Numbered from the stretch's first letter, positions 40,751 to 50,956 are shown. The stretch: DNA of 64,000 nt from Anaerolineae bacterium (GCA_963675785.1 OY776562.1:224001-288000); one strand, 5' to 3'. Numbers and translations are program-made. The notes: a model not told the origin generated them from the sequence alone.

Positions 40751-42416
40751 TTCATTTGCTCCACCGCCAGGTGCATCTTTGGATCCTTCTCAGGGAGCTG
40801 TGCGAGATGAGCGGGCACCTACTATTGGCCCCGGGCAGATTACCATTCGTACGCGTCGCAGCCCGCAGGAAGAGTTTCCACGGCCTGTTCTCCAAAAAAT
40901 GGCCCATGCTCCGCAAGAGTCGCTTTCCGCGTTGTTGTCTTCGATTGTGGAGCAAAGCCGTCGTCCTCATCCGGGGTTGTTGGTTCGTGAGATTGGCACT
41001 GTGCGTCAGGTGGGTGATGGTGTTGCTTCGGTCTGGGGACTTCCAGGGGCCACCACTGACGAGATCCTCCAGTTTCCTCATGGTGTAACTGGCCTGGTAA
41101 TGAACCTCGAAACCAGTTACGTAGACTGTATTTTGCTCGGATCTGATGAAGGCATTCAGGGCGGCGATCTCGTCTGGTCGACGGGTAAACGTATCGCCGT
41201 ACCTGTGGGCGATCGCCTTTTGGGGCGTGTTGTCGATCCTTTGGGCACGCCACTAGATACACTTGGTCGCTTGTTTGCCGATGAACTGCGATTCATTGAA
41301 CGGAACGCCCCTGGCGTCGTTGAACGGCAACCGGTTGCCGAGCCGTTGCAGACTGGCATCAAGGCAGTGGATGCGATTGTCCCTATTGGGCGGGGCCAGC
41401 GCGAGCTCATCGTGGGGGATCGACAAACAGGTAAAACGGCCATTGCCCTGGATGCAATCATCAACCAACGGGGGCAGGATGTGGTCTGCATCTATGTCTC
41501 CATCGGGCAACGCAAGTCGGCAGCACTCGATGCTATCCGCATTCTTGATGATGCCGGAGCTATGGAACATACGGTCGTAATTATGGCCGCTCCCGATGAT
41601 CCTCCTGCACTTGTGTACATTGCACCTTATACAGGAGCAACCATCGCCGAATCTTTTATGGATCAAGGCCGCGATGTGCTGATCGTCTACGACGACCTGA
41701 CCAAACATGCTGATGCTTATCGCGAACTCTCGCTCTTGCTTCGCCGCCCACCCGGACGTGAGGCTTATCCCGGCGATATCTTTTATTTGCATTCGCGTTT
41801 GCTGGAGCGTTCGGGCCGTCTGAACGACAGCCTCGGCGGAGGCAGCATTACGGCTTTGCCCATTGTAGAAACGCGGCGCGGCAATATCTCTGCTTATGTA
41901 CCCACCAATCTGATCTCAATTACCGACGGACAGATTTATCTCAGCCCTGAGTTGTTCAATCAGGGGTTCAAGCCGGCTATTGATGTGGGACTTTCTGTTT
42001 CGCGCGTAGGTGGCGCTGCGCAAACGCCGATTATGCGCCAAGTAGGCGGACATTTGCGACTTACGCTCTCACAGTATGAAGAAGTGGCCCAGTTCAGTCG
42101 ATTCGGTACTGAAGTGGACGAGATGACGCGGCGCCAGATTGTACGTGGCGAACACCTTCGTCAGGCACTCAGACAGATTCCTTATACGCCCCTTCAACTC
42201 TCGCGGCAGATTCTGGTGCTCTATGCCGCTGGAGAGGGGTATATGGACGATATTCCTCTTGCGGAGGTGGAACGTTTCGAGAGAGAACTTTGGGCCTTTG
42301 CCATTCGAGAGTATCGCTCTATCGTTCGCCGCGTGGACGAGGATCATGTACTCGATGATCGTTTGACCGGGGATATGAAAGACCTTCTAGAGGCTTTTGT
42401 CAGCAGGTTTGCCTAG
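40743..42416 (+). CDS. atpA: ATP synthase alpha subunit
   Basis: GDRQTGKT, RRPPGREAYPGD, SVSRVGGAAQ; N-terminal extension. Confidence 0.96.
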   Translation: MSDSFAPPPGASLDPSQGAVRDERAPTIGPGQITIRTRRSPQEEFPRPVLQKMAHAPQESLSALLSSIVEQSRRPHPGLLVREIGTVRQVGDGVASVWGLPGATTDEILQFPHGVTGLVMNLETSYVDCILLGSDEGIQGGDLVWSTGKRIAVPVGDRLLGRVVDPLGTPLDTLGRLFADELRFIERNAPGVVERQPVAEPLQTGIKAVDAIVPIGRGQRELIVGDRQTGKTAIALDAIINQRGQDVVCIYVSIGQRKSAALDAIRILDDAGAMEHTVVIMAAPDDPPALVYIAPYTGATIAESFMDQGRDVLIVYDDLTKHADAYRELSLLLRRPPGREAYPGDIFYLHSRLLERSGRLNDSLGGGSITALPIVETRRGNISAYVPTNLISITDGQIYLSPELFNQGFKPAIDVGLSVSRVGGAAQTPIMRQVGGHLRLTLSQYEEVAQFSRFGTEVDEMTRRQIVRGEHLRQALRQIPYTPLQLSRQILVLYAAGEGYMDDIPLAEVERFERELWAFAIREYRSIVRRVDEDHVLDDRLTGDMKDLLEAFVSRFA

Positions 42417-43316
42417 ATGGAAGACATCGAACGCATCAAGGAACGCCTCGATAACATCCGCAGTGTAGAACCCATCATTACTTCTCTGCGGACGATTTCG
42501 GCCGGTGCTTGGCGGCAGGCGTTGCGTCGACGCGAGGCTACGGGCATGTACCTTGAAAATCTCTCAGCAACACTAGGGGGCTTGCTCTCGGGCGTGTCGG
42601 CCGAGTTGATTCATAACAAAGGTGTGGTGGATTCCCTTAGCTCCCCCCAGCGTGTGATCATGTTGGTTATTGCTTCAGAGCGAGGGCTGTGTGGCGCCTT
42701 TAATGATGTCATTCTCGATGGTGCACTCAATTTACTTCAGCAACAGCGCATGGTCAGTGACCAAGTGCAGGTTATTACGATAGGAGAACGCGCGCGTCTT
42801 TGCGTTTCTACGCATTACGAGCTGCTTGACCATATCTCTCTCCCCATGACCCGCGTTGTTCCTTTTTCTGCCGTACGCGATCTAGCACTTGATCTCCAAA
42901 ACCAAGTTTTCTCGGGGCAAGTTGATGCTGTCTACACTATCTCGACAGACTATGCTTCTACTGAGGTATTACCTCCCAAAGCTCGTGTCTGGCTTCCTGT
43001 CGAACGTGACGCCCTGGATATCAGCTTCGAGGCCTGGCCTCCCCCGATTGTGGAAGGTGACCGCGAACGGCTCGTTGCCCATACCCTTGAAGAAGTAGCG
43101 CTGCTGCGTCTCTATCGTGCTTTTATCGAATCGGCAGCTGCCGAGCAGGCGGCGCGGTTCCGTGCTATGGAAGCGGCTAGCACGAACCTCGTCCGACTCA
43201 TTGAAGAATTAACGCTTACATACCATACGGCCAGACAGCAGGCTATTACGACTGAGATGATCGAATTAGCCACTTCTGCCGGTTTACTGCGCGATACAGG
43301 TGAGAATAGTAGGTAG
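42417..43316 (+). CDS. atpG: ATP synthase gamma subunit
   Basis: SERGLCGAFN, EQAARFRAM, ARQQAITTE. Confidence 0.93.
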   Translation: MEDIERIKERLDNIRSVEPIITSLRTISAGAWRQALRRREATGMYLENLSATLGGLLSGVSAELIHNKGVVDSLSSPQRVIMLVIASERGLCGAFNDVILDGALNLLQQQRMVSDQVQVITIGERARLCVSTHYELLDHISLPMTRVVPFSAVRDLALDLQNQVFSGQVDAVYTISTDYASTEVLPPKARVWLPVERDALDISFEAWPPPIVEGDRERLVAHTLEEVALLRLYRAFIESAAAEQAARFRAMEAASTNLVRLIEELTLTYHTARQQAITTEMIELATSAGLLRDTGENSR

Positions 43317-43327
43317 AAATCGAATAG

Positions 43328-43355
43328 TTGCACCAACGGATAGATGTGCTACACT
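43328..43355 (+). promoter_or_regulatory. Putative promoter with ~320-nt leader before the VIT1 gene
   Basis: TTGCAC-N16-TACACT with extended TG. Confidence 0.5.
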
Positions 43356-43684
43356 ACGATTGATAGGTATGTGAAGGAGTGTGCTGAGCTTTATGTTGGA
43401 ACGTGAACCCGATCCTGACCCTTTGAGTCCCGAGCCTCCGAGTACTTTGGCGGGTGCTGAATCCGCCAAACTCCAAACCAGAGCTTTTTCAGACGCTCTA
43501 TTTGTCCCCGATTATTCATTCGAGAAGGCAAATGCTCACCTTCGGGCTAGTGTTCGTACACTGGTCAGATTTGAGGTTGTCTTCAGCCGTTTTCTCTCTC
43601 TGTTCTTTCCTACACTACTCATCGCTCGCCGTGTGTGAATTTTATCTGGCGAATAGATGAATTGAGGTAGAGTGGGAGAGAATA

Positions 43685-44281
43685 ATGAGTACTAGATCTG
43701 ATCAGTTGCAAAAAAGAGTCGATGAATATCGCGAGATTTCGCGTGTAGATACAGTTGGCCGCCGTGTTTTCGCGACCAGCGCCTTTGACGGCATCCTGAC
43801 GATGTTGGGTGTTGTCATGGGTTCGTTTGTTGCCAATGTCAATGATCCGCGGATCATTTTGGCCACCGGATTTTCAACAGGTTTGGCCATGGGTATTTCG
43901 GGCCTATGGGGTTCTTATATGACCGAAACCGCCGAGCGTAAGCACGAGATTCACGAACTCGAGCGTGCCATGTTGACAGATATGAAGGATACGCGACATA
44001 GCCGCGCCTCTCAGTTCGCTGTGCTTTCTCTGGCTGCGCTTGATGGGCTTTCACCGCTGTTGGCTGGTGCTGTTGTATTGATCCCCTTCTTCTTTACCAG
44101 TTTATTGAGCAGCATCACCACGGCCTATATCATTGCCCTGGCTGTAGCTCTGGTAGCCCTCTTTGGGTTGGGGGTTTTTCTTGCCCGCATTTCGCGTGAC
44201 AACATTCTCAAATCAGGTGTGCAAATGATCGTAGCCGGTATTGTCTGTGTTGTGATGAGCTTTTTCTTGGGGTCTATCTAA
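43685..44281 (+). CDS. VIT1/CCC1 family metal (Fe/Mn) transporter
   Basis: FDGILT, AMGISGLWGSYMTETAER, five TM helices. Confidence 0.8.
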   Translation: MSTRSDQLQKRVDEYREISRVDTVGRRVFATSAFDGILTMLGVVMGSFVANVNDPRIILATGFSTGLAMGISGLWGSYMTETAERKHEIHELERAMLTDMKDTRHSRASQFAVLSLAALDGLSPLLAGAVVLIPFFFTSLLSSITTAYIIALAVALVALFGLGVFLARISRDNILKSGVQMIVAGIVCVVMSFFLGSI

Positions 44282-45222
44282 TGCAGTCGATCGCTACCAT
44301 TTGGAATCGCGTCATACTTTTGGTGGCTGGATTCATTATTGGTTGGAACCTCTCCAATTATTGGACAGCTGCGCCTGAGCAAATTTCGCATCAGCGAAAC
44401 CGCCTCTGGATGGGGGCGGTTCTTGGGTTGGCGATGTTGGTTTGGCTTGCCGTCGATGAACCCGCTACTGCCATGTTTGGCCTCTTGATCGTGCTGTTTA
44501 CGGCTTTTGTGGCCTACATGGGCAGCGCCAGAGAAGCCAGTGGCACGCCTGAGCCCTGGCCACGTCCACGGCCGTTACGTAAATCCACTTTGCAGGATAA
44601 GGTTCTCGTTGTGTTAGTCTCTTTTGGCGAGCCGGCGAGTTATGATGGCCCTGCGCCCTGGGCTTGGCAGTTGGCCTGGCTTGCCCGCCTTGGAGAAAAG
44701 GTGCCCTCTTGGTTTTCACGCCCGCGTACGTACGCGCGCATCCGCAAAGGGGTTATGGCGAGCGGAGTGCAGGGGAGTTTAGATTCCTGGGTGAGTGGGC
44801 TTCAGGAGGCACTTGCAGAGAGTCTGAACGGCAGTTTTGCCTGTATCAAAGGCTACGAGTTTGTCAAACCAGGACTAGCTAGTACATTGGCACATGCCGC
44901 CGAAGATGGCTATACTCGCTTTATTCTGGTTCCTTTGGGACCGATAGATGAGGCGGCGGTTTCTGCTGCCGTCAAGCAATCTCGCATCAAAGAAGTTGGT
45001 GTTCAGGTTGTGGTCATGCAGCCCGAGCAGCCTTTGGGCTGGGATCAAGCTTTTGCTGTTGAGCGATTGCAACTGTTGATGAGTGGTCGGCCAGCCCAAG
45101 CCCCGGCAGTGGCGCCGCAAGAGTATTCAAAAAGTCTGGATGAACTAATTAGAACTGAGGCGTTTCGAAAGGGTTGGGACGCGCAAGTGGAGCCAGTAGC
45201 TTTTAATACAGAACTGCGCTGA
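44281..45222 (+). CDS. Membrane-anchored protein with ferrochelatase-like N-domain
   Basis: Three TM helices, then VVLVSFGEP, YARI, YEFVKP and GYTRFILVPL resembling chelatase domain 1; TAATG coupling to the VIT1 gene. Confidence 0.45.
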   Translation: MQSIATIWNRVILLVAGFIIGWNLSNYWTAAPEQISHQRNRLWMGAVLGLAMLVWLAVDEPATAMFGLLIVLFTAFVAYMGSAREASGTPEPWPRPRPLRKSTLQDKVLVVLVSFGEPASYDGPAPWAWQLAWLARLGEKVPSWFSRPRTYARIRKGVMASGVQGSLDSWVSGLQEALAESLNGSFACIKGYEFVKPGLASTLAHAAEDGYTRFILVPLGPIDEAAVSAAVKQSRIKEVGVQVVVMQPEQPLGWDQAFAVERLQLLMSGRPAQAPAVAPQEYSKSLDELIRTEAFRKGWDAQVEPVAFNTELR

Positions 45223-45241
45223 ACAGCGAACGCTCCGAGAC

Positions 45242-45269
45242 GCCCATGCAGCTTGCATGGGCTTTTTGT
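45242..45269 (+). terminator. Intrinsic terminator
   Basis: GCCCATGCA-gct-TGCATGGGC-TTTTT. Confidence 0.75.
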
Positions 45270-45286
45270 TATAGAGGAGGAACGTC

Positions 45287-46786
45287 ATGGCTGAATCGAT
45301 CATTCATCCCGTTGGTGATCCCTGCTCTGTTGTCATCTTTGGCGCTTCAGGCGACCTTACCTGTCGCAAACTTGTCCCCGCTCTTCATACTCTGAGCTGC
45401 GAAGGACTCCTCGCAGATGAAACACGCATTATCGGTGTGGCCCGTAGCGATTTAGAGACTGAGGATTGGCTGAACAGCCTTGAGGAGGGTGTGCAAAGCT
45501 ATGCCCGGCTCAATCCTGCCTTTTGTGAACGCTGGCCCTCCTTCCGAAGGCGTATGTCCTATCATCGCGGGAGCTACGATGATTCTGTTACCTACACTCA
45601 ATTAGCCAGCTTATTGCAAGAACAGGACGAGTATTCCGGCACATCCGGTAACCGTCTCTTCTATTTGGCTGTGCCTCCGCAGCTCTACCCTGTCATCGTC
45701 GAACAGTTGGGCCGCGCTGGCTTGAACCGGTCTACAGGTTGGGTGCGTATTGTCATCGAGAAACCCTTTGGCCATGACCTGGCCAGCAGCACCGAACTCG
45801 ATGAACAGGTTCATGCCGTTTTTGAAGAGGAGCAGGTTCTTCGCATTGACCACTATTTAGGCAAAGAGACCGTCCAAAATCTCTTGATGTTCCGCTTTGG
45901 CAATGCCATTTTTGAGCCGCTTTGGAACCGAAACTATGTGGACCATGTGCAGATTACCATGTCAGAGACGGTAGGCGTGGGGCATCGAGCGGGTTATTAT
46001 GATCGCGCAGGTGTTGTGCGTGACATGCTGCAAAATCACTTGCTGCAGTTACTGACTTTGACGGCTATGGAGCCGCCAGCGGCTTTTGATGCTCGCTCGT
46101 TGCGTGACGAAAAGGTCAAAGTACTCAAGGCTATCTGTGCTAACCCTCCTCGCGAAGGGGTGTGGGGGCAGTATCGCGGGTATTTGAATGAACCCGACGT
46201 GACCATTGGTTCCAAGACGCCGACCTATATTGCCCTCAAAGTGATGGTTGATAACTGGCGTTGGCAGGGCGTGCCTTTTTATGTGCGTAGCGGTAAAAAT
46301 CTGGCCTATAAAACGACTGAAATTACCCTGCAATTCAAGCAGCCGCCGCACCTTTTATTCCCCAATGTAGGCAGTTTGGCACCGAATAGACTGGTGCTTT
46401 ACATCCAACCCAACGAGGGCGTGCATCTCTCTTTTGGCACCAAGCAGCCCGGCTTTGGTATGCACCCGCAAACTGTGAATATGATGTATCATTACGGACA
46501 AACCTATGGCGAGCAAGCGTTGCCAGATGCCTACGAGCGGCTGCTTCTTGATGCCATGCAGGGCGACGCCTCGCTGTTTGCTCGCAGTGATGAAATTCAG
46601 CAAGCCTGGACCATCGTTGAGCCGCTGCTCCAGGGGCATGAGCCCGTTGTGTATGAGCCGGGATCGAGTGGCCCTGATGAGGCCGACGCGTTATTGACTG
46701 TTGATGGTAGAAACTGGAGCCCCTTGCGCGAGGATTATGGCGGACAGTATGTTCGCGGCGAAGCATTTAGCGCCGATGATGAATAG
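45287..46786 (+). CDS. zwf: Glucose-6-phosphate dehydrogenase
   Basis: GASGDL, EKPFG, RIDHYLGKE, WQGVPFY.RSGK. Confidence 0.97.
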   Translation: MAESIIHPVGDPCSVVIFGASGDLTCRKLVPALHTLSCEGLLADETRIIGVARSDLETEDWLNSLEEGVQSYARLNPAFCERWPSFRRRMSYHRGSYDDSVTYTQLASLLQEQDEYSGTSGNRLFYLAVPPQLYPVIVEQLGRAGLNRSTGWVRIVIEKPFGHDLASSTELDEQVHAVFEEEQVLRIDHYLGKETVQNLLMFRFGNAIFEPLWNRNYVDHVQITMSETVGVGHRAGYYDRAGVVRDMLQNHLLQLLTLTAMEPPAAFDARSLRDEKVKVLKAICANPPREGVWGQYRGYLNEPDVTIGSKTPTYIALKVMVDNWRWQGVPFYVRSGKNLAYKTTEITLQFKQPPHLLFPNVGSLAPNRLVLYIQPNEGVHLSFGTKQPGFGMHPQTVNMMYHYGQTYGEQALPDAYERLLLDAMQGDASLFARSDEIQQAWTIVEPLLQGHEPVVYEPGSSGPDEADALLTVDGRNWSPLREDYGGQYVRGEAFSADDE

Positions 46787-46805
46787 CGTTTGATTGGGAG
46801 GCAGT

Positions 46806-48299
46806 ATGGCATCGGATAAGCAGACTCGCCCTGTGCGGGTGAGGATCGCACCCAGCCCAACGGGCAATTGCCACGTCGGCACAGCTCGCAACACATTGTA
46901 CAATTATCTGTTTGCGCGCCAGCATGGTGGACAGATGATTCTGCGCATCGATGATACCGATGCACGCCGCAGTACGGTAGAATCGGAACATGGCGTTCTA
47001 GCTGGTTTGCGCTGGTTGGGACTCGATTGGGATGAGGGCCCCGATGTAGGCGGCCCCTTTGGTCCCTACAGGCAGTCTGAGAGGATGGCTTACTATCAGG
47101 AGGCCGTGCAGCAGCTGCTGGATGCGGATCGTGCCTATTATTGTTTTTGCACGCCGGCAGAATTGGCAGTCGAACGAGAAGCCGCGGTAGCCGCAGGCCA
47201 GCCGCCGCGTTATAGCGGCAAGTGCAGCACCCTTTCTCGGCATGAGGCGGAAAGCCGTGTGGCTATGGGCGAGCCATACGTGGTGCGTTTGCGCATTGCC
47301 CCCGGCATGATGGCCTTTGATGATCTCGTACGTGGTGAAATCACCGCGGACGCAAGCCTATTGGGCGATCCGGTGATCATCAAGGCGGATGGCATGCCCA
47401 TGTACAGCCTGGCAACAGTGGTGGATGAGGAGATGATGCACATCTCGCACGTGCTGCGCAGCGCCGAGCACATCAGCAATACTTTTTTGCAGCTTCAGCT
47501 CTGTGAGGCTCTGGGGTACGAACCGCCGTTGTTTGCCCATCTGGCCCTGCTGCTCAATCCAGACCGCACCAAGATCAGCAAGCGCGATGGTGCCGTCTAT
47601 ATTGGTGAGTTTCAGCAGATGGGCTATTTGCGCGAGGCCATGATCAATCACCTGGCTCTCAGTGGTTGGAACCCGGGGACCGATAAGGAGCTGTATACAC
47701 TGGACGAGCTGGTGCAGGCCTTTTCCATCGAGCGCTGCAGCCGGGCGGATGCCATTTATGATCGCCCCAAGCTATTATGGCTCAATGGGCAGTATATCCG
47801 CCAGTTGGGGCATGATGAACTCGCTGAACTGACGATGCCGTTCTTGCAGCAGGCTGGTTTTGAGGTTCCTAACATAGAGGCCCCTCTTGATTATGTGGGG
47901 AATGTTCTGGCCTTGGAGCAGGAGCGGCTCAAGACCTTGGCCGACGCCCCCGAGACGACGGCCTATTTCTTCAAGGAGCCAGACGCGGCGGCCTGCGTGG
48001 AGATCCTCACACAAAATCGTTACGCCAAAAAACACACCTTGGCTGAATTAGGCGAGGTATTGGGGCAGTTGGCCGATACGCTGCAAGCGCTGGAAGAGTG
48101 GAGTGAGACGACACTTGAGCAGGTTCTGGAAGAAAAACTAGAAACGCTGGGCTGGAAGCGCGGCGAGTTGTACATGCCGGTACGCATTGCCGTGAGTGGG
48201 CGCTGGGCGACGCCAGGCGTTACCGAGATGTTGGTTGTGATGGGCAAGGAACGGGTAGTGCGCCGTTTGCGCAACGTTCGTGCTGCTACCCTTTGCTAG
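46806..48299 (+). CDS. gltX: Glutamate--tRNA ligase
   Basis: RIAPSPTG, HVGT (HIGH), RIDDTD, Zn-site CFC, KISKR, anticodon-binding domain. Confidence 0.93.
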   Translation: MASDKQTRPVRVRIAPSPTGNCHVGTARNTLYNYLFARQHGGQMILRIDDTDARRSTVESEHGVLAGLRWLGLDWDEGPDVGGPFGPYRQSERMAYYQEAVQQLLDADRAYYCFCTPAELAVEREAAVAAGQPPRYSGKCSTLSRHEAESRVAMGEPYVVRLRIAPGMMAFDDLVRGEITADASLLGDPVIIKADGMPMYSLATVVDEEMMHISHVLRSAEHISNTFLQLQLCEALGYEPPLFAHLALLLNPDRTKISKRDGAVYIGEFQQMGYLREAMINHLALSGWNPGTDKELYTLDELVQAFSIERCSRADAIYDRPKLLWLNGQYIRQLGHDELAELTMPFLQQAGFEVPNIEAPLDYVGNVLALEQERLKTLADAPETTAYFFKEPDAAACVEILTQNRYAKKHTLAELGEVLGQLADTLQALEEWSETTLEQVLEEKLETLGWKRGELYMPVRIAVSGRWATPGVTEMLVVMGKERVVRRLRNVRAATLC

Positions 48300-48343
48300 A
48301 CATGTTGTGGTTAGAGACACGCTGCCGTTAGTGAGGTGATGCT

Positions 48344-49150
48344 ATGCTGCTGGACAAGCAAAAGAATGCTGATCGTTTCGAGGGTTTTGCCGATCTCTAT
48401 GACGCGGTTCGCCCACGGTGCCCCGAGTACATTCTCAATATTTCACGGCGATACCTGGGCCGGAACCCTGAGGTGGTTGTGGATATGGGCTGTGGCACGG
48501 GCCTCTCTACAGTGGCTTGGGTGGGAACGGCCAGCCATATCGTGGGTCTGGAACCTGGCGATGACATGCTGATTGTGGCCCGGGCCAGGGCAGCGGATAT
48601 CGCCGAGATCGAGTTTGTGCAGGCCTTTGCCGATAATACCGGCTTGCCCGTGAATTACGCCGATGTAGTGACCTGCTCGCAATCCTTCCATTGGATGGAG
48701 CCGCAGAGTACCTTGACGGAAGTGAATCGTATTCTCAAGCCGGGCGGACTGTTCCTGGCTTTTGATTGCGATTGGCCTCTGGTTTGCGATTGGCGCGTTG
48801 AAAAGGCTTACGCCGAGCTTGAAGAGAGAATTGCCGAGTGCGAAGCGGGTATGCCGGATGTTCAGGAATCGTATTCCAAGTGGCCCAAGAACAAGCATCT
48901 GGCCAATATCGAGAAGAGCGGCTATTTTCGTTTTGCACGAGAGATTGTCTTTGCTACACAAGAGCCCTGCACAGCCGAGCGTTTTATCGCTATATCCAAG
49001 AGCCAGGGTGGCATACAGTCCCTATTCAAGAGGCATCCGGAGGCAATTATGCCTGCTTGGGAGGCCTTTGAGCGCACAGCGCGAGAGTGCTTGGGCGAGG
49101 GCAATGTTGAGACCGATTTTTGCTATCGCCTGAGAATTGCAGTGAAATAG
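48344..49150 (+). CDS. Class I SAM-dependent methyltransferase
   Basis: YDAVRP, VDMGCGTG, SQSFHWM, RILKPGG. Confidence 0.9.
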   Translation: MLLDKQKNADRFEGFADLYDAVRPRCPEYILNISRRYLGRNPEVVVDMGCGTGLSTVAWVGTASHIVGLEPGDDMLIVARARAADIAEIEFVQAFADNTGLPVNYADVVTCSQSFHWMEPQSTLTEVNRILKPGGLFLAFDCDWPLVCDWRVEKAYAELEERIAECEAGMPDVQESYSKWPKNKHLANIEKSGYFRFAREIVFATQEPCTAERFIAISKSQGGIQSLFKRHPEAIMPAWEAFERTARECLGEGNVETDFCYRLRIAVK

Positions 49151-49178
49151 GCAGTACCGACACCAGATACAAATGAAA

Positions 49179-49210
49179 AAAGGAGGAGGAAGCCATGCTT
49201 TCTCCTCCTT
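49179..49210. terminator. Bidirectional terminator
   Basis: AAGGAGGAGGAAG-ccatg-CTTTCTCCTCCTT. Confidence 0.65.
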
Positions 49211-49214
49211 GGTT

Positions 49215-50090
49215 TTATAGTTCGGATTCTAGAATGCCCCAGATGCGCGTTAATTCGCGAGAGATGGGCAGGTCGGGCCAAACGGTAACCGGTTGGCCCT
49301 GAAGGGCCGCTTGGGTAACGCCCGTATCAAAGGGCAGTCGCCCCAAAACACGAATGCCACGTGTTTGGGCAAAAGCCTCAATAGCGTCAGCGCGCTCGGG
49401 GTTGATATCTGCTTTGTTGATGATGATCATGGCTGGCACGCCAAAGTGGGTTGTGGTTTGCAGCACGCGTTCGAGGTCATGTTCGCCTGATACGGTGGGT
49501 TCTACCACCAAAATAGCCAGATCGGCGCCAGAGCAGGCCGAGATGACCGGGCAACCAATGCCTGGCGGCCCGTCCACTAGCAAGAGTTTTTCGCCATTGC
49601 GGCTGGCCCACAGCGCCGCCGATTGCTTGACCGTACTCACCAGCTTGCCCGAGTTCTCTTGGGCAGCATAGAGATGGGCATGAAACAACGTGCCATAGCG
49701 CGAGCTAGAGCGATACCACTCGCCAGCGTGAGAGGGCGTCATTTCGATGGCCTCGGCGGGGCATTCGTAATAGCAGGCCGCACAGCCCTCGCAAGCGGTA
49801 TCATCGATAGTGAATGCGCCGCTGTTGTTGCGCACGGCCTCAAAGCGGCAAACCTCCCGGCAGCGCCCGCAGGCAATGCAGGCATCTTGTTGGATGGCAG
49901 CTAACTGCCCAGAAATGAAATCGTTCTGTTCTTCGAGTTGAGGATCGAGCAGGAACTCGAGATTGGCTGCGTCGACATCGGCATCGGCCAGCACCAGCTT
50001 GTGATTGGTGGAGGCCAGATGTGCCAATGATGCCGTCACCGAAGTTTTGCCCGTGCCGCCCTTGCCAGAGAGGATGACCCACTGTTTCAT
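49215..50090 (-). CDS. MinD-superfamily P-loop ATPase with inserted 2[4Fe-4S] ferredoxin
   Basis: SGKGGTGKT, DADVDAANL, two CxxCxxCxxxC motifs, DGPPGIGCP. Confidence 0.9.
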   Translation of the reverse strand: MKQWVILSGKGGTGKTSVTASLAHLASTNHKLVLADADVDAANLEFLLDPQLEEQNDFISGQLAAIQQDACIACGRCREVCRFEAVRNNSGAFTIDDTACEGCAACYYECPAEAIEMTPSHAGEWYRSSSRYGTLFHAHLYAAQENSGKLVSTVKQSAALWASRNGEKLLLVDGPPGIGCPVISACSGADLAILVVEPTVSGEHDLERVLQTTTHFGVPAMIIINKADINPERADAIEAFAQTRGIRVLGRLPFDTGVTQAALQGQPVTVWPDLPISRELTRIWGILESEL

Positions 50091-50947
50091 TGCGTCACCG
50101 CCTGGCTGATGGCCTGATAAAGCGCTAGAAAACGCTCGCGATATTCGGGCAGGGCATCATAAATGGTCTCGCCATCCGAATAAGCGCGAGCGATGCGCCG
50201 ATCCAGGGGGATTTTCAGCAGAATAGGAATGTTTTCTGCTGCGCAGTAATCCTCGACAGCGCTGTTGCCAATACCATCGCGGTTTAGCACCACGCCCACC
50301 GGGAGGCCAAGCTCGTTGCGAGCTACTTGTATGGCCATCTTGAGATCGTGCAGCCCAAAAGGAGTGGGTTCGGTAACCATCAGACAGTAATCGGCGTCGC
50401 GAAGCGTCTCTACCACGGGGCAGGAGGTGCCCGGCGGCGAATCTAGGATAACTACATTCTGCCCAACGGTTTGTGCTTGCTGTTTGACGGCACGAATAAT
50501 GGGCGGTGCCATGGTCACGCCCACGTTCATAACACCCTGTACAAAATGCAGCCCTCTGCCCTGGCCCAGTTCAACCACGCCAAGGGGGACGGGCATCTCG
50601 CTAATGGCCCCTTCTGGGCATTGCAAGGTACAGCTTCCACAGCCGTGACAAAGCTGATCGAACACGAGCACCTTGCCCTTGATGACGGCTAGGGCATTGT
50701 ATTGGCAGACCTCGGCACAGCGACCGCAACTGGTGCACAAAGCCGCATCGACACGTGGCACCAGGTTGTAGATGGTCTCGCGCTCAACAATCTCGGGTTT
50801 GAGAAAGAGGCTCGCGTTGGGCTCTTCGACATCGCAATCGGCCAAGGTGATGCGTTTGCCTACATCGGCCGCCAGGGTGATGGCCAGGTTTGTGGCTATA
50901 GTCGTCTTGCCGGTTCCACCTTTGCCGCTGGCAATGGCAATAATCAT
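50087..50947 (-). CDS. MinD-superfamily P-loop ATPase with inserted 2[4Fe-4S] ferredoxin
   Basis: SGKGGTGKT, DCDVEEPN, two ferredoxin motifs, PPGTSCP, EPTPFGLHD. Confidence 0.9.
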   Translation of the reverse strand: MIIAIASGKGGTGKTTIATNLAITLAADVGKRITLADCDVEEPNASLFLKPEIVERETIYNLVPRVDAALCTSCGRCAEVCQYNALAVIKGKVLVFDQLCHGCGSCTLQCPEGAISEMPVPLGVVELGQGRGLHFVQGVMNVGVTMAPPIIRAVKQQAQTVGQNVVILDSPPGTSCPVVETLRDADYCLMVTEPTPFGLHDLKMAIQVARNELGLPVGVVLNRDGIGNSAVEDYCAAENIPILLKIPLDRRIARAYSDGETIYDALPEYRERFLALYQAISQAVTQ

Positions 50948-50956
50948 GGCATCCCC

